From Octopus bimaculoides (taxonomy: Eukaryota), in NCBI RefSeq assembly GCF_001194135.2, contig NC_068991.1, positions 76,573,447-76,637,446 of the forward strand: DNA of 64,000 bases. The letters are read 5' to 3'. Positions 26,941-39,043 of this stretch are shown in pieces (the stretch's first letter is position 1; each line of letters opens with the position of its first letter). A program made the position numbers and the translations under genes. Under the pieces are notes generated by a model. The model saw only the letters and a list, made by a program, of their open reading frames with translations. It was not told where the DNA came from and did not search any database.

Positions 26941-27110
26941 GTGAATGAAAATAACACCAGATGCTTAAATTATAATAGTATTTTCTATGGGTTTCACAAC
27001 AACTTCAGGAGAGAGGGAATACAATAATGTCTACAAGCCGTAGGCCATTGTATTGCTTTTTCGGTAGCCTATAGCTTTGGTTAGCTGTAATGTTCTTTAT
27101 ATATATATAC

Positions 27111-27201
<91 letters not shown>

Positions 27202-27989
27202 TGTACATCTAAATAATAGGTATTAACTTATTATTGAAAGCGGACATTCTTTCTTCTCTAACACGACTTTTGCTTCTCAAGCGTAAGAAATTTTATGATG
27301 TTATATTTCTTGTAAAGAATTTCTTTTCTCTTTTTTTTTTAATCACAATGTTAGCTATCAATGCAGACATTCGTCGATTATTATATTATTTTCATAACAT
27401 AGATAACGCTGAAATAACTAAGTTAATTTCGTTAATGGAAAAATTGTGCCGGGAAACCGTGAAACCACAATGATAATACAAAACCACCAATCTTTCGATC
27501 GACACATCGAAGTAAAACGTTTCCATTCGTTTTTTTTTTTCTTTTCTGTTTTTAATTGAATACAATCTGTAGACAACGAGCAATATTCTTACTACTCGTT
27601 CTTTAAGAAAACTATATTTCTCGTGTATTGGTATTATTTCAATGGTTCAAAAATGACTTCAGTTGGAAATTTTTGTTTTTTTAATTTTCCTGCGAACGAG
27701 TTTGAAGCAGCATTATTTTCTACAAGTTGAAAAAAATGATTCAAATTTATTACTGTTATAGTATTTTCTCAAAACTGCGAGAACATAATGCAAAATTGAT
27801 CTGAGGAAATAAAACACCGGCGTAGGTTAAAATATCTGTAAATGAACTTTTGCCCAATAATATTGATCAGTAATAGTCTTTATATTGATTCTTGATTCTT
27901 TAATAATGGCTGAAGGCCATTCATAAGTACCAGCACTTGGCTATTATTTTATTTTATGGACAAGGCGAAGTTGTCATCAGCGAAACTTA

Positions 27990-28124
27990 ATATTCTTTTC
28001 TACTCGAAGCACAAGGCTCGAAAATTTGGGGAGGGGGCCAGTCGATTAGATCGACTCCAGTATGCAACTAGTACTTAATTTATCGACCCCGAGAGGGTGA
28101 AAGGCAAAGTCGGTCTCGGCGGAA
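27990..28124 (-). mobile_element. SINE family B, 5'-truncated
   Basis: Aligns to 28322-28460 with the same 3' tail. Confidence 0.88.
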
Positions 28125-28321
28125 AACGAGATTTAACATTAAATCATAGAATGAAAGGATTTTTCTCACGCTCTCACAATCCTATCAGTTTTCTAAAAAT
28201 TCAGTCAGCATCAATTCATTTCGATAGGATTCGAAATTTGGACCTCCATTTTACTACACAAACTCGCCAGTCAACTGAGATATAGGTAAATACGTTACGC
28301 TAGAGATAAGAACATAAATGG

Positions 28322-28547
28322 ATATTCGTTTCTACTCTAAGCACACGGCCCCAAATTTTCTTTGGCGGGGAAGGGGGCCAATCGATTAGATCGACTCCAA
28401 TACGCAACTGGTACTTAATTTATCGACTCCGAAAGGATGAAAGGCAAAGTCGACCTTGGCATAATTTGATCTCAGAACGTAAAGACAGACGAAATACTGC
28501 TAAGCATTTCACCCGGCATGCTAACGTTTCTGCCAGCTCGCCGCCTT
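28322..28547 (-). mobile_element. SINE family B, full length
   Basis: Minus strand GGCGGCGAGCTGGCAGAAACGTTAGCATGCCGG head, B-box region GAGATCAAATT, body, and tail ...GAGTAGAAACGAATAT. Confidence 0.92.
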
Positions 28548-28650
28548 GACATAAACGGATATTACTTCAATAGTTATTATACTAATCTGTCGACCTTGCC
28601 CTTATTCTGTTCTGAACCTTTACATAGGAACTTATAAATGTGATACATAT

Positions 28651-29108
28651 ATATATGGTGCTTTTTTACTCCTTATGCAGAGTCTGACCACTTCTTGACT
28701 TACACCTTAGATCTATCATGGTGTCTGATATGGCTTTTTAAACCAGACGATGTTTTTGAAAAGACACCCACATAGCTTGCATATCTGATTTGAACCACCA
28801 AGGGCTGCAGATAAGTTCTGATTTTTGTGGATCTTAAAATGTCTTTTGAGGCCACATTTAGATTTTCAGTTTTTATGGTGTACACTTTTTTCTTTATCGG
28901 CTGGATATTAATGCTCATTAGGGAAAAATATTCATTATAATGTATCAACATATTATTCAAGACACTAACGCTGTGGGGAGAGTGGGGTTGGTGACCCCTG
29001 TCATTTGACGACCTCTTGACCCTGTATAAATTTCTATTGTAAGCATGTTGGTATATTTGTAGACAGCTTATATGCGACGTGCAAATATCCAAAGCAGTAT
29101 GCATTCAT
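28651..29108 (-). mobile_element. RTE-clade LINE 3' end (ORF2 tail with C2H2 finger, short 3' UTR, (AT)n tail)
   Basis: GGSNQICKLCGCLFK, then a frameshift, then TSSGLKSHIRHHDRSKV*, giving CxxC...HxxxH. Upstream YCFGYLHV...NIPTCL resembles RTE RWxGHVxR...RIPKxLL. Confidence 0.7.
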
Positions 29109-29180
29109 TCGCGGAAAGTAGATTCGATCTACATACCTCTGGGTTATGGGCCCAGCATGCTCTCACTACGGCACTCTGCT
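29109..29180 (-). pseudogene. Initiator tRNA-Met(CAT)-derived pseudogene
   Basis: Minus strand AGCAGAGTGCCGTAGTGAGAGCATGCTGGGCCCATAACCCAGAGGTATGTAGATCGAATCTACTTTCCGCGA, 72 nt. It has A1, an intact CTGGG/CCCAG anticodon stem with three G-C pairs, CAT anticodon and an ATCGAA T-loop, all initiator hallmarks. Acceptor and D stems carry mismatches. Confidence 0.88.
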
Positions 29181-29865
29181 CAACGGCTGATTAAGCAAAT
29201 CCATAATGTATCATTTCTTTTATTGTCTGCGTCGGTTACATTACTTTTATTACAACATCTATCATATGTTATTTATTTGTTATTTATTTATTTCAATATA
29301 TTGGACCGTGTCGAATATACGAAATATAGTAACAGCAATACAGGCTACAGCACTGGCGTATTAATTTACTTACGGAAAGGCGACATTTCACTCTGCTAAT
29401 ATTCGTAGAATCACATTTGAGAAACCACATGCATAGATCTACGCGTTACAAACTTTTCTCGGTGTCTCTTCATTTGCCGTTTTCAGATCAGCCTGAGGCA
29501 AATCAATTCAATAACTTTTTTTTCCCCCGAGCGCAGCATAGCAAGCGAGTTTGCTAGTCTAATGTACTTAAAATAACATTTCATAGTATTAGTGATAATA
29601 GCAGAGCAGAAATGTACCCAGGATAGGAGCAGAAAATTACATTTATTACTTAATCAGAGACGCCATCTGCGCGAAGATTTAAAGGTTAAGTATCAATGGG
29701 AATATTATAGTTTTGTCATTTTTATTCCTTATTTATATGTTTTTTTAAGCTTTTTCTTCTAGATAGCATTTGTGCGATTTTAATTACAACTTAAATATTG
29801 CAAATAATGGAATTATCTGAAAATCTAACATCTATTCATTCTAGCAAACACACACACACACACAC

Positions 29866-29896
<31 letters not shown>

Positions 29897-29939
29897 ACAA
29901 ACAAACAAAAATTATGGAAGTATGGAAACCAACTCCTCT

Positions 29940-29965
29940 CATCCCCTGCGTAATATATAATATAT

Positions 29966-30005
<40 letters not shown>

Positions 30006-30023
30006 ATATATATATATATATGC

Positions 30024-30108
<85 letters not shown>

Positions 30109-30110
30109 CG
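29940..30110. repeat. (CA)n/(TA)n compound microsatellite
   Basis: Directly visible. Confidence 0.9.
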
Positions 30111-30397
30111 TTATGCATATATATATATTTTATATATGTATGTGTGTGTGTGTGTATATGTGCGTGTGTCTGTGTCTGTGTATGTGTGTATGTCTGTCTG
30201 TGTCTGTGTTTGTGTGTGTATGTGGCTGTATGTGTCTGCGTAATGGATTATAATCCTTAATTTTTTTTTAGTAAAACAGGTCCCACTTGGAATTAAGAAT
30301 ATACCAGTTTTTCTCCAGTCTTCTGTTTTGCTGTATACACACTTATGTATACAGAGAAGAGAGAAATCCATACCTTCTTATATACATATTTATGTAT

Positions 30398-30564
30398 GCA
30401 GGAGTGGCTGTGTGGTAAGTAGCTTGCTTACCAACTACATGGTTCCGGGTTCACTCCCACTGCGTGGCACCTTGGGCAAGTGACTTCTACTATAGCCTCG
30501 GGCCGACCAAAGCCTTGTGAGTGGATTTGGTAGACGGAAACTGAAAGAAGCCCGTCGTATATAT

Positions 30565-30595
<31 letters not shown>

Positions 30596-30815
30596 CGTAT
30601 GTATGTTTGTGCGTCTGTGTTTGTCCCCCCACCATCGCTTGACAACCGATGCTGGTGTGTTTAGGTCCCCGTAACTTAGCGGTTCGGCAAAAGAGACCGA
30701 TAGAATAAGTACTAGGCTTACAAAGAATAAGTCCTGGGGTCGATTTGCTCGACTAAAGGCGGTGCTCCAGCATGGCCACAGTCAAATGACTGAAACAAGT
30801 AAAAGAGTAAAAGAG
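30398..30815 (+). mobile_element. SINE family A, full length and least diverged copy (CORE-SINE-like)
   Basis: A box TGGCTGTGTGG, B box GGGTTCACTCCC, MIR-core-like ACCTTGGGCAAGTGACTT, central (TA)/(TG) tract, tail AAAAGAGTAAAAGAG. Confidence 0.92.
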
Positions 30816-30838
30816 TATATGTGTGTATCTATATATAT

Positions 30839-31156
30839 GGGAGAATTTACGAAAAAAACAACAACAGACGAGGACAGGTGGTGTAAACAACAAAAGGATG
30901 TATTAGTTTAACGCTCGGGAATAGAGAAAGTCTATAACGTATAGAGAAAGTCTATAACGTTTCGAGCTACGCTCTTCAACAGAAAGAATAAGGAGAAAAG
31001 CAAGGAGAAAAACAAGGAGAAAAAATATTTGAATGTCGTGGTCAGCGATCTATCATGGTGATGATGATGATGATGATGATGAAAAATCGTGTCGCTGTTT
31101 GCAGGTTTTCGACGGAATAATTAGTAGTTCAATGCATTGACGATGACGTGGATACC
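30839..31156 (-). mobile_element. Composite element: degenerate tRNA-like head, (ATC)n linker, hammerhead-like terminal repeat
   Basis: Head at 31156-31091, (CAT)n linker, hammerhead-like motif at 30987-30951. See findings. Confidence 0.5.
30951..30987 (-). ncRNA. Degenerate minimal type I hammerhead ribozyme motif
   Basis: TCTTT-CTGTTGA-A-GAGC-GTA-GCTC-GAAACGTT-ATAGA. Stem II is GAGC/GCTC and stem I is TCTTT/ATAGA with one mismatch. The core has A6>U. Confidence 0.6.
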
Positions 31157-34100
31157 ACAGTCTGTGCAACTCAAGCTGATGAAGATCACACAAGGGATTT
31201 CTATTTGAAAACACCTGTTTGTTGGTTTCCTCGCCAATAACTACATCTTTCACCAATATAAATCACTGTAAGTTACATACGCGCATAATACACATGCGCG
31301 CGCACGTATATGTGTATGCGAGCATGTGTATACATGTATGTATGTATAAGAACAAAGTCACCAGTACAATCCGAGGTATGAACCCACTGCAATAACAATT
31401 CTGAATAGAGTCCAATGGTGAAAATCCAGAGGTGTGCGTAAGGTCCAGTAATGAATGATAAAGAAAAGAAATAATCCAAAGGGTAACCCCGTGAGGGCTG
31501 GCATTTAGGCACAAAATTAATGACAAAGAGATAACACAATGAAAAGTAAGGTAAAACATATTATACTTATTAGGTTCAAGCTTAGAGAATAAAAAATAGA
31601 AATGATTTTAATGTTTTGAGCTTCAGATCTTCTTCAGCAAAATACCTAACTGGGCATAGCATACGTAATGTGGGCCAAAACTAGCGTTCTATCAATTATG
31701 ATTTCATGTATAATAAAAAAAATAATAAGTTCATTGGTGTTAATGAAAATTATAGTCTAAAATGATAAGGGAGGTAACTCCGAAAAATGATTTGGTTAAA
31801 AACTGAAGGAGAATGTGCCATGACGAGTGATTTGGGTCTTTGGTAGGTATGAGGAAAACTTCAAACTTTGACACTTTGCGTTCAAGCTCTTCTTCAGCAA
31901 AATAGTTACGTGAGGAATTGCATACGTAATGTGAGCTTCAAACTTAATGAAAACAAATTCATTAACCTTAATGATAATTGTAATAAAATAGATAAGGAAG
32001 ATAAATCCAAAATTCAATTTGATTGAAAACTGAAAAAAGGGTATACAATTGCGAGTAATTTTGATCTTTGGTAATTCCAGGGAAAACTTCGGACATATTT
32101 CAGGTTTATTCCTCAGTAAAGTATAGTTGCTTGTACTCGAAAGACTTTAGAATTACTAAAAGGATAAATATTTTGGATGAAAATCATATATTCACTGGTT
32201 CAACATTTTAGTGACACAAGAAATTTTTCTAGGGATGCCTTCTCCATGAAGAGCATACAGTTAAGTGAGATTTGGCTGCAATAATATAGTGAACCAAAAA
32301 ATGCTTAATCACTTAAATTTATTAATGTAATAGAGAGAAAACTTAATAGGGTTAACGATAATTCTTGCTTGGATAGGCGAACAAAAGACCTAGTTCTGTT
32401 AAACATGATACTTAACAGAACCAAACAAAATTGAATGGATCTTTTATTCATGTGTTTGTGAGTCATCTCATGAAAATCACTACATTTAATTACGGCTCTA
32501 TTTTCTACACGTTTTCATTCCTCTGTATTCATCGCGAATAGTATTCACGACGTCTTCTTTATTTTTACTGTTATTACTGAGACACCAAATAATGAAATAG
32601 ATTACAGCAGTTTGTTTTTTAGGAGATCACTGTGATAGGGTTTTAAATACATTTTTCTTCTGCTACGAATTTGTTTCCATTCTTTTGGCTTCTTTTGATA
32701 GGAAATTCGCACATATACTGTATCAACGAACCAGATTTAACTCCAGATTTGTTTCTAACACACAATCTGTATAACGGTGGCTCAGAGAATATATAAAAGG
32801 AACAAGAACGATTTCTAACCATAATACGTTGCGGCTTAATATAATCAGGAAGATTAGTGCGCCAACATAAACAGTAAAACAATATAATAGCTACACTGAA
32901 GCATTCATTAAAGATTAAGGAAAGTTGTATAATGAAAAGACAACGTGAATACGAACATATGACGTTGACATTCTACAAACCATAAACGCGTATATTTCAA
33001 GAACAAATTAACATAACAAACTGATTTTGTAAGGCGCGGACAAATTATGTAACCAATGATGGAAGCATCTACTTCAATTAGTGTCAGGGACCTATTGTTT
33101 AGTTAAACATAATACATAAACTGTGCACAAGTTGTTTCAATCAATTCCTCTAAGACCGTTGTAAACCTAGTCAGGTTGTGACTAATGAACAGATAGGTGG
33201 AAAGAAGGAAGTGTGGGGATGAACTCAACAATTTCTAATTAATAAAGATGTGCTGTCTATTGTTAAGGGAAAAAGTGTTACAGTATGATTTGGTGGCAGA
33301 AATGTTTGGCTTAATGTCCAACTCATTGTTCTTTGAAGCTCTATATTTGACAAAGGAGGTCCTTGCTGATCCAATGACTGCTATTAAAATGCTTACAAAA
33401 GAAACGCCAACCATTCTTCACTTTCTACAAAGCCCAACAACTGTCGTTAACATTTTAATTGTTCAAAGGCAATATTGCAGAAAAAGTCTGTCTGTGATTT
33501 TATATTCAGGCAAAATTTAATATCATTTTATATTTTATTTTATAAAAATTCAATCGTAATAAACTAGGATCTGCAACAGCATTAGAACACCAATGATGAT
33601 GGCCTAAATGTTTACACTGGAAAGACTTATGCTGGATCTCAAAGCTTTTATTAAAGCTGATGTAAAATTGCATACGGGACAGTTCTCGGAAACTTGAGAA
33701 TGGTGGCAAAATGTATAACATGTCTTGAAGTTGCAGACGATACACTGTCGCTTTTCAAAAGTCATTCTTTTGAAATTTTGAAATTCCAAACCAGGAGATA
33801 ACCACGAAATGTTCACGCCTTTGAAGAAGATAATTCGTATACGATTAGCATCTATCCGATGTAATTAGGACATTACCTTCCTATGCAGAAAGCTGCTTCT
33901 AAAACAATATGCAATTAATTATCTTCAAAGAAAGCATTGGCCTGTTGTGAATATCCATGTATTCCAAGATAAGGAATATTAATAAAATATCCCCATTAAA
34001 ATATTCACTAAATGCAAAGCAACAAACCTGAATAATAGTTTTGTACAGAAAAGAAAGATGATTCACTTTTTTCCAGCTAAGCTCCCAGCAAATGACGTCA

Positions 34101-35698
34101 TTGAATCGGTAAAAAAAAATTATTTATGGATAACTACATCAGAGGAATTCCAACCACGTTTCGTGATTTGGTACCTCAACAGCTCCTTTATAGGATCCAG
34201 TGGCTAAAGACATCATCAGGAGGAACCACGTCTGGTTTCGGCCCCTAATCCTCTACCGTTTTCGACGTGGCAGGGCTCCTTCTTTCGGAAGTGTCTTCAG
34301 CTCTGGTGTTGAGTACATTTCTTCTTTCTCCTTTTTTCTTCTGTTCCCCGAATCACATCAATCAGTACACTTATATCACTATTTATTTACACCGTAAACT
34401 AAAAGATTTGAGATTTTCAAGAAACATTAAATATATATATTCTGCAAAGTTTATCTGAAAGCTGAGCACTGAACTAATATTTTATTAGAATTCACATGCG
34501 ATATTTTAATCTTTATGTCGGCTCGATTCCGGGAGCTTCATAATGCGAAATCGGTTTGTTTTATACCTAGAAACCAGCCTCTTTTTCATATATAGATTTT
34601 AAAAATAAAACGAGACATTAGCATTACATGCAAATATGAATATCTTCATGGATGTAATATGTTAATATGTGCAAATTTATTTACACACACAGCTTCTTTA
34701 TCATTCGAGTTGATTTTTATTTCAGGCATTTTCTGGCGTGAGAAATGTAAAAAATTGATGGGGTGGGGTTTGATCAATAAGATATCTCTAATTTCAATTG
34801 GAAATTTAGAATTCAAGTGGCTTAATTTCGTTCAGCTAACATTGACATGAAGACCTTTCAATGGCTTGCATGTCCTCATGAATGGAAGTTCTTGTGATAT
34901 TCGGTTCCAGAATTCTCTTGTCATTAATTGATAACATCCAAATATTGCTTATCTCAGTGACATGGAAGACATATCCCGGTTGAAGGGGTTTATTTCTAAG
35001 ACGATATTTGCTATATGGATTTCTTTGATTTTTAGTGAGATGTAGATCATTTTGCTGGATATCGCTTAGCGGTGAAGTGTCTTAGTTTAGTTGCATGCCA
35101 GGTTCCTTTCATATGAAAAGTAAGTTTATTTCCTTTCCTTGCCTACTTCATAGAAATATCATGCTAACAAAATGTTTTAGCATGCATCCAATTACATCAA
35201 CACGTAACTAGAATAATTAGAAATTATTAGATGCATATCAATATATGCGGGTTACCTTGCTCTGCTGAGCATTAACAGAAGTAGCATGTCCGTCCTGCAA
35301 ATGTAAAATGGTTCACCAATTATCTTTGAAGCAAGCTAAATACATGCAGAGATTGAAATGTTCAGCAAAAGGAAAAAAAGATCAAAATGTATAAATTCAA
35401 TATGGGAAGGAAAGAGTCAGGAATCGAGTGTGGTGTAACCACAGCAGTCCCTCAGCAAGAGTTAAATGCATATGGAGCAGAAACGCAAGTTCATTTTACA
35501 TTTTTATGTGCTAAATTCAAACTTTGTAGAAATTTCTTACCCCATTCTTTCTCCTAAATTTCATGAAATAAAGAAGCAATTAAACATTTAAACACTGTAT
35601 CGATCTAATCAAAAATATTCGCCCACTCACCCCAAAAATGTTGCATTGGGCTTCAGTTATAACATCTGAAAGCTTCTTCAAATTATTTCATATCTCTC

Positions 35699-35767
<69 letters not shown>

Positions 35768-35794
35768 GCATACACACGCATAGATAGACAGATG

Positions 35795-35833
<39 letters not shown>

Positions 35834-35868
35834 TGACTGGTAGATAGATAGATAGGTAGATAGATAGG

Positions 35869-35900
<32 letters not shown>

Positions 35901-36390
35901 ATTTTTTTTTCTATACTTCAGTATTTTATTTATATATAATACAATTATAAAAATTCTATCTCTTTAAACGCCCAATTCCTGCGGGATTGCTTTTCGAAGA
36001 AAGCAGTTCCATTATACGATGCCAAGTGTGATAGAACATCGAATGTCCCAGAGCAGGTGAGAGAAGTCACCCCGAAGTATTCGAAAATAGTGTTTAAACA
36101 AAGCGCATAATTATATTCGCTTTAATTCCTAATTTAATTTTCTTTCATATGCGCTACGCTGCAACACGTCAGCAAATAGATTTCACTCTATTTTCAGACC
36201 ATCAACTCATTTCGTTTCGAGCTTTATCCGAGTACATGATCTTGAGGAGTCACAATAATGGCGAAATATCGATATCTACCATTCTTGATCGCTTCGGAGT
36301 GAGTTGTTTTTATTGTCTCGAACAGTCGACGTTTTTGAACAATGATATCATGTAGGGACACAGCAAATGGGTGTTTAAAGTACATACACG

Positions 36391-36436
<46 letters not shown>

Positions 36437-36679
36437 GATTTTATGAAAATTACTTAATACAGTTTTTAAGTATAAAGGGGATTTTCTTTAAAAGAACTGT
36501 TTTTAAAAAATTATAAAATCTTTGTGTATATATTTGTGTATATATGTGTATGCATATATATATATGTTTGTGTGCATGTGTGTGTATTTATGTATATATA
36601 TATATACAGTTATATGTGTTTGTGTGTGTGCGTGTGTGCATGCGTGCGTGCGTGTGTGTGTGTGTTTGTGTGCGCATAT

Positions 36680-36795
36680 ATCAACAGTTTCCGGCTCCTC
36701 GTAATGTTTGGGTCGATCCGAGGCTTTAAAAATGGCATTTGCTTCTGATACCACGCAGTGGAATTGAACCCAGTACCTTGTGTTAGCAAGGTGAA
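36680..36795 (-). mobile_element. SINE family A, diverged 5' fragment
   Basis: ATACCACGCAGTGGAATTGAACCCAG matches GTGCCACGCAGTGGGACTGAACCCGG at 11515-11540. Confidence 0.5.
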
Positions 36796-36929
36796 CGTTT
36801 TAAACATTCAACCTCACCCTACCTATACACAGACTGACACACATATATATGTATATAGGTATGTGCATATACATATACATATATATACGCATACATACAC
36901 CTATATATGTATGCGAGTATATGTGTGTG

Positions 36930-36969
<40 letters not shown>

Positions 36970-37354
36970 TTTAATAATATAATACAGCGTATGAGAAATT
37001 ATTCTGCCTCTTTCATCAAAAGAAAGATTACCGACAAATTAATTATGATGTCTGAAGCATAAAATGAATAAAACATCTTACACATTTCTAATTAATTTTG
37101 TATGTATATATATATTACTTATGTGGTTAATTGATGTATATAAATTCTACCAAGTCTTGGCAAAAGATATTGGTTCACTTTGACAAATTTCTCTTTATAG
37201 AACTTTCCACTATTTGAAATGAATTGCCCTAGTCATTCGGTAATATGCGCTCTACTGGACGTATTAATTACATGTTACCTTACGTAAGACAATCATCCAA
37301 GTAGAATCTATCAATATCTAGATATATGTGTGTTATTATTTCCCATTAACAAAG

Positions 37355-37562
37355 CACCGGGACGCCAGGTTCGAGAGGGCGTCAGGCAAAATGCTTTGCT
37401 GCATTTCTTCCGAGTTTTTAAGTTCGACTCACACTGAGCTCATCTTTTCCTTTCATTTTTCGGGGTCGAGATGAAGATATCGAGTTTGCCTGCTGCCCGC
37501 TCAAATTTGCTAACCCTAGCTCTAACCTTAATCCTAACCTTGCGTCTAAATTAGAAATCATT
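37355..37562 (+). mobile_element. SINE family B, diverged
   Basis: GGCAAAATGCTT..GCATTTC...AGTTCGACTC...TTTCATTTTTCGGGGTCGA colinear with B. Confidence 0.5.
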
Positions 37563-38045
37563 TATTACAAGACACCAAATTGATGAAACCGCTTGTTAAA
37601 CAATGTTCTTACAACGCCTTGCCCTAGACATGAAACGAACCCTTGATCTTTCAGTTAGTAGGTTCTTAAGTAAATCTCTGCCGAACTTTTATTGTTCTTT
37701 CTATTAATTTAATAAATTCATTAGTGTGGTGGAATGGCGAAACTGATGACTTGTAATTCACTTCCTCTTTCTGTATTTGTGCTCAAATCTTGAGAATGTC
37801 TCTCCTTCCAGCTATAATGAATTATTAGATCGAATCGTCCATACACATCTACCAGAAGGATGTCGTACTCAATCTCAGTTAGAAATGAGTATGACTGACA
37901 ACCCGGCCCCAAAACATAACTGTTGGTTTCATCCAATGCTCAATTTTTCTGTTTATTGTATGTGTGTATATATGTATATATATACATATGAAGTGGAGGT
38001 AAAAGCGTTTCATTTCATTTTTCGAACTGTTAATGCCTCAGATAG

Positions 38046-38326
38046 AGTAGCGGTTAACCTAGGGGTCGTGAACCCTGGAGTGTCGTTTGGGGTTTCTCGA
38101 GATGTCACAGAGGATTTGGGAGGAAGTAATTTATTTCTTGTATTGTATTGCAGCTGTATTGTTGTATTGCAGTGTCATGTATTGCAGCTGCTAGCAGTTT
38201 CATGACTGCACTGAGATTCCCATGGTGCTTTGCGTGCCGAAGCCGTTACAAAATTTGTTATAGGGTCCCGATAATACCCTGGAGAGTTACAGGGAGTAAG
38301 ATGATGAAAAAGGTTAAGAAGCACTG
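38046..38326. mobile_element. hAT (Charlie-type)-like MITE
   Basis: Left end ...TTAACCTAGGGGTCGTGAACCC. Right end AAAAAGGTTAAGAAGCACTG, whose reverse complement is CAGTGCTTCTTAACC. Internal GGGGT motifs. The left TIR is degraded. Confidence 0.45.
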
Positions 38327-38433
38327 GGATAGAGTGACCTATATTGCAGGTGCTGGCTCAAATTTAAATTCCGCTAAAATTAACTTTGCCAATCACTAAT
38401 TCTATGTCGATGAATACACTACCAATGCTAGAT

Positions 38434-38466
<33 letters not shown>

Positions 38467-39043
38467 GCTTGAGAGAGAGAATGAGTGACAGGGAGAATGA
38501 GGGACAGAGAGACAGACAGACAGAGACAGAGAGAAACTGGAGCTGAAATTTAGTGTAGTAGACATCTTATTAATATTCAGCGCCGAAATTGATAGAATGA
38601 CCACTTGTCGAACTGTCCGGAATTGTTAGAGAGTAAGATAAATACTTTACGGTATTTTCTCCAGACCATTGTAGTTAGAATCAGTTTCCTCTGAGATCAA
38701 TTTTATTTTACATTCTTTAGAAATCAGCGGAAGGCCGTTGTGACGATGTGGCATCTGTCCTTCTTATCTGGTCACAAAGTTGCTAGAATTTCACAAAGCT
38801 GTTCGAATTTAACCAGAGCATTAACTATATTAGCACCGTTTCTGGTAAGAGATAAAGTAATATCTGGATTTGATCTGAATCACGCTTTAATATATTCGGG
38901 ATGTCTGAAATTTGAAGAGTGCATAATTAATTAACGAGCAACAACTTAAATATTGTCATTAACAGCATTGACACCAAAATACATATTTTTGAAATGCTTT
39001 AACTGAGGATGATTTACGTAGTGGATACATTTCCTATACTATA

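Noticed and set aside
29525-29560. Possible Helitron 3' end (GC-rich stretch then CTAGT)
   Set aside because: The hairpin pairs poorly and no 5' end or second copy was seen.
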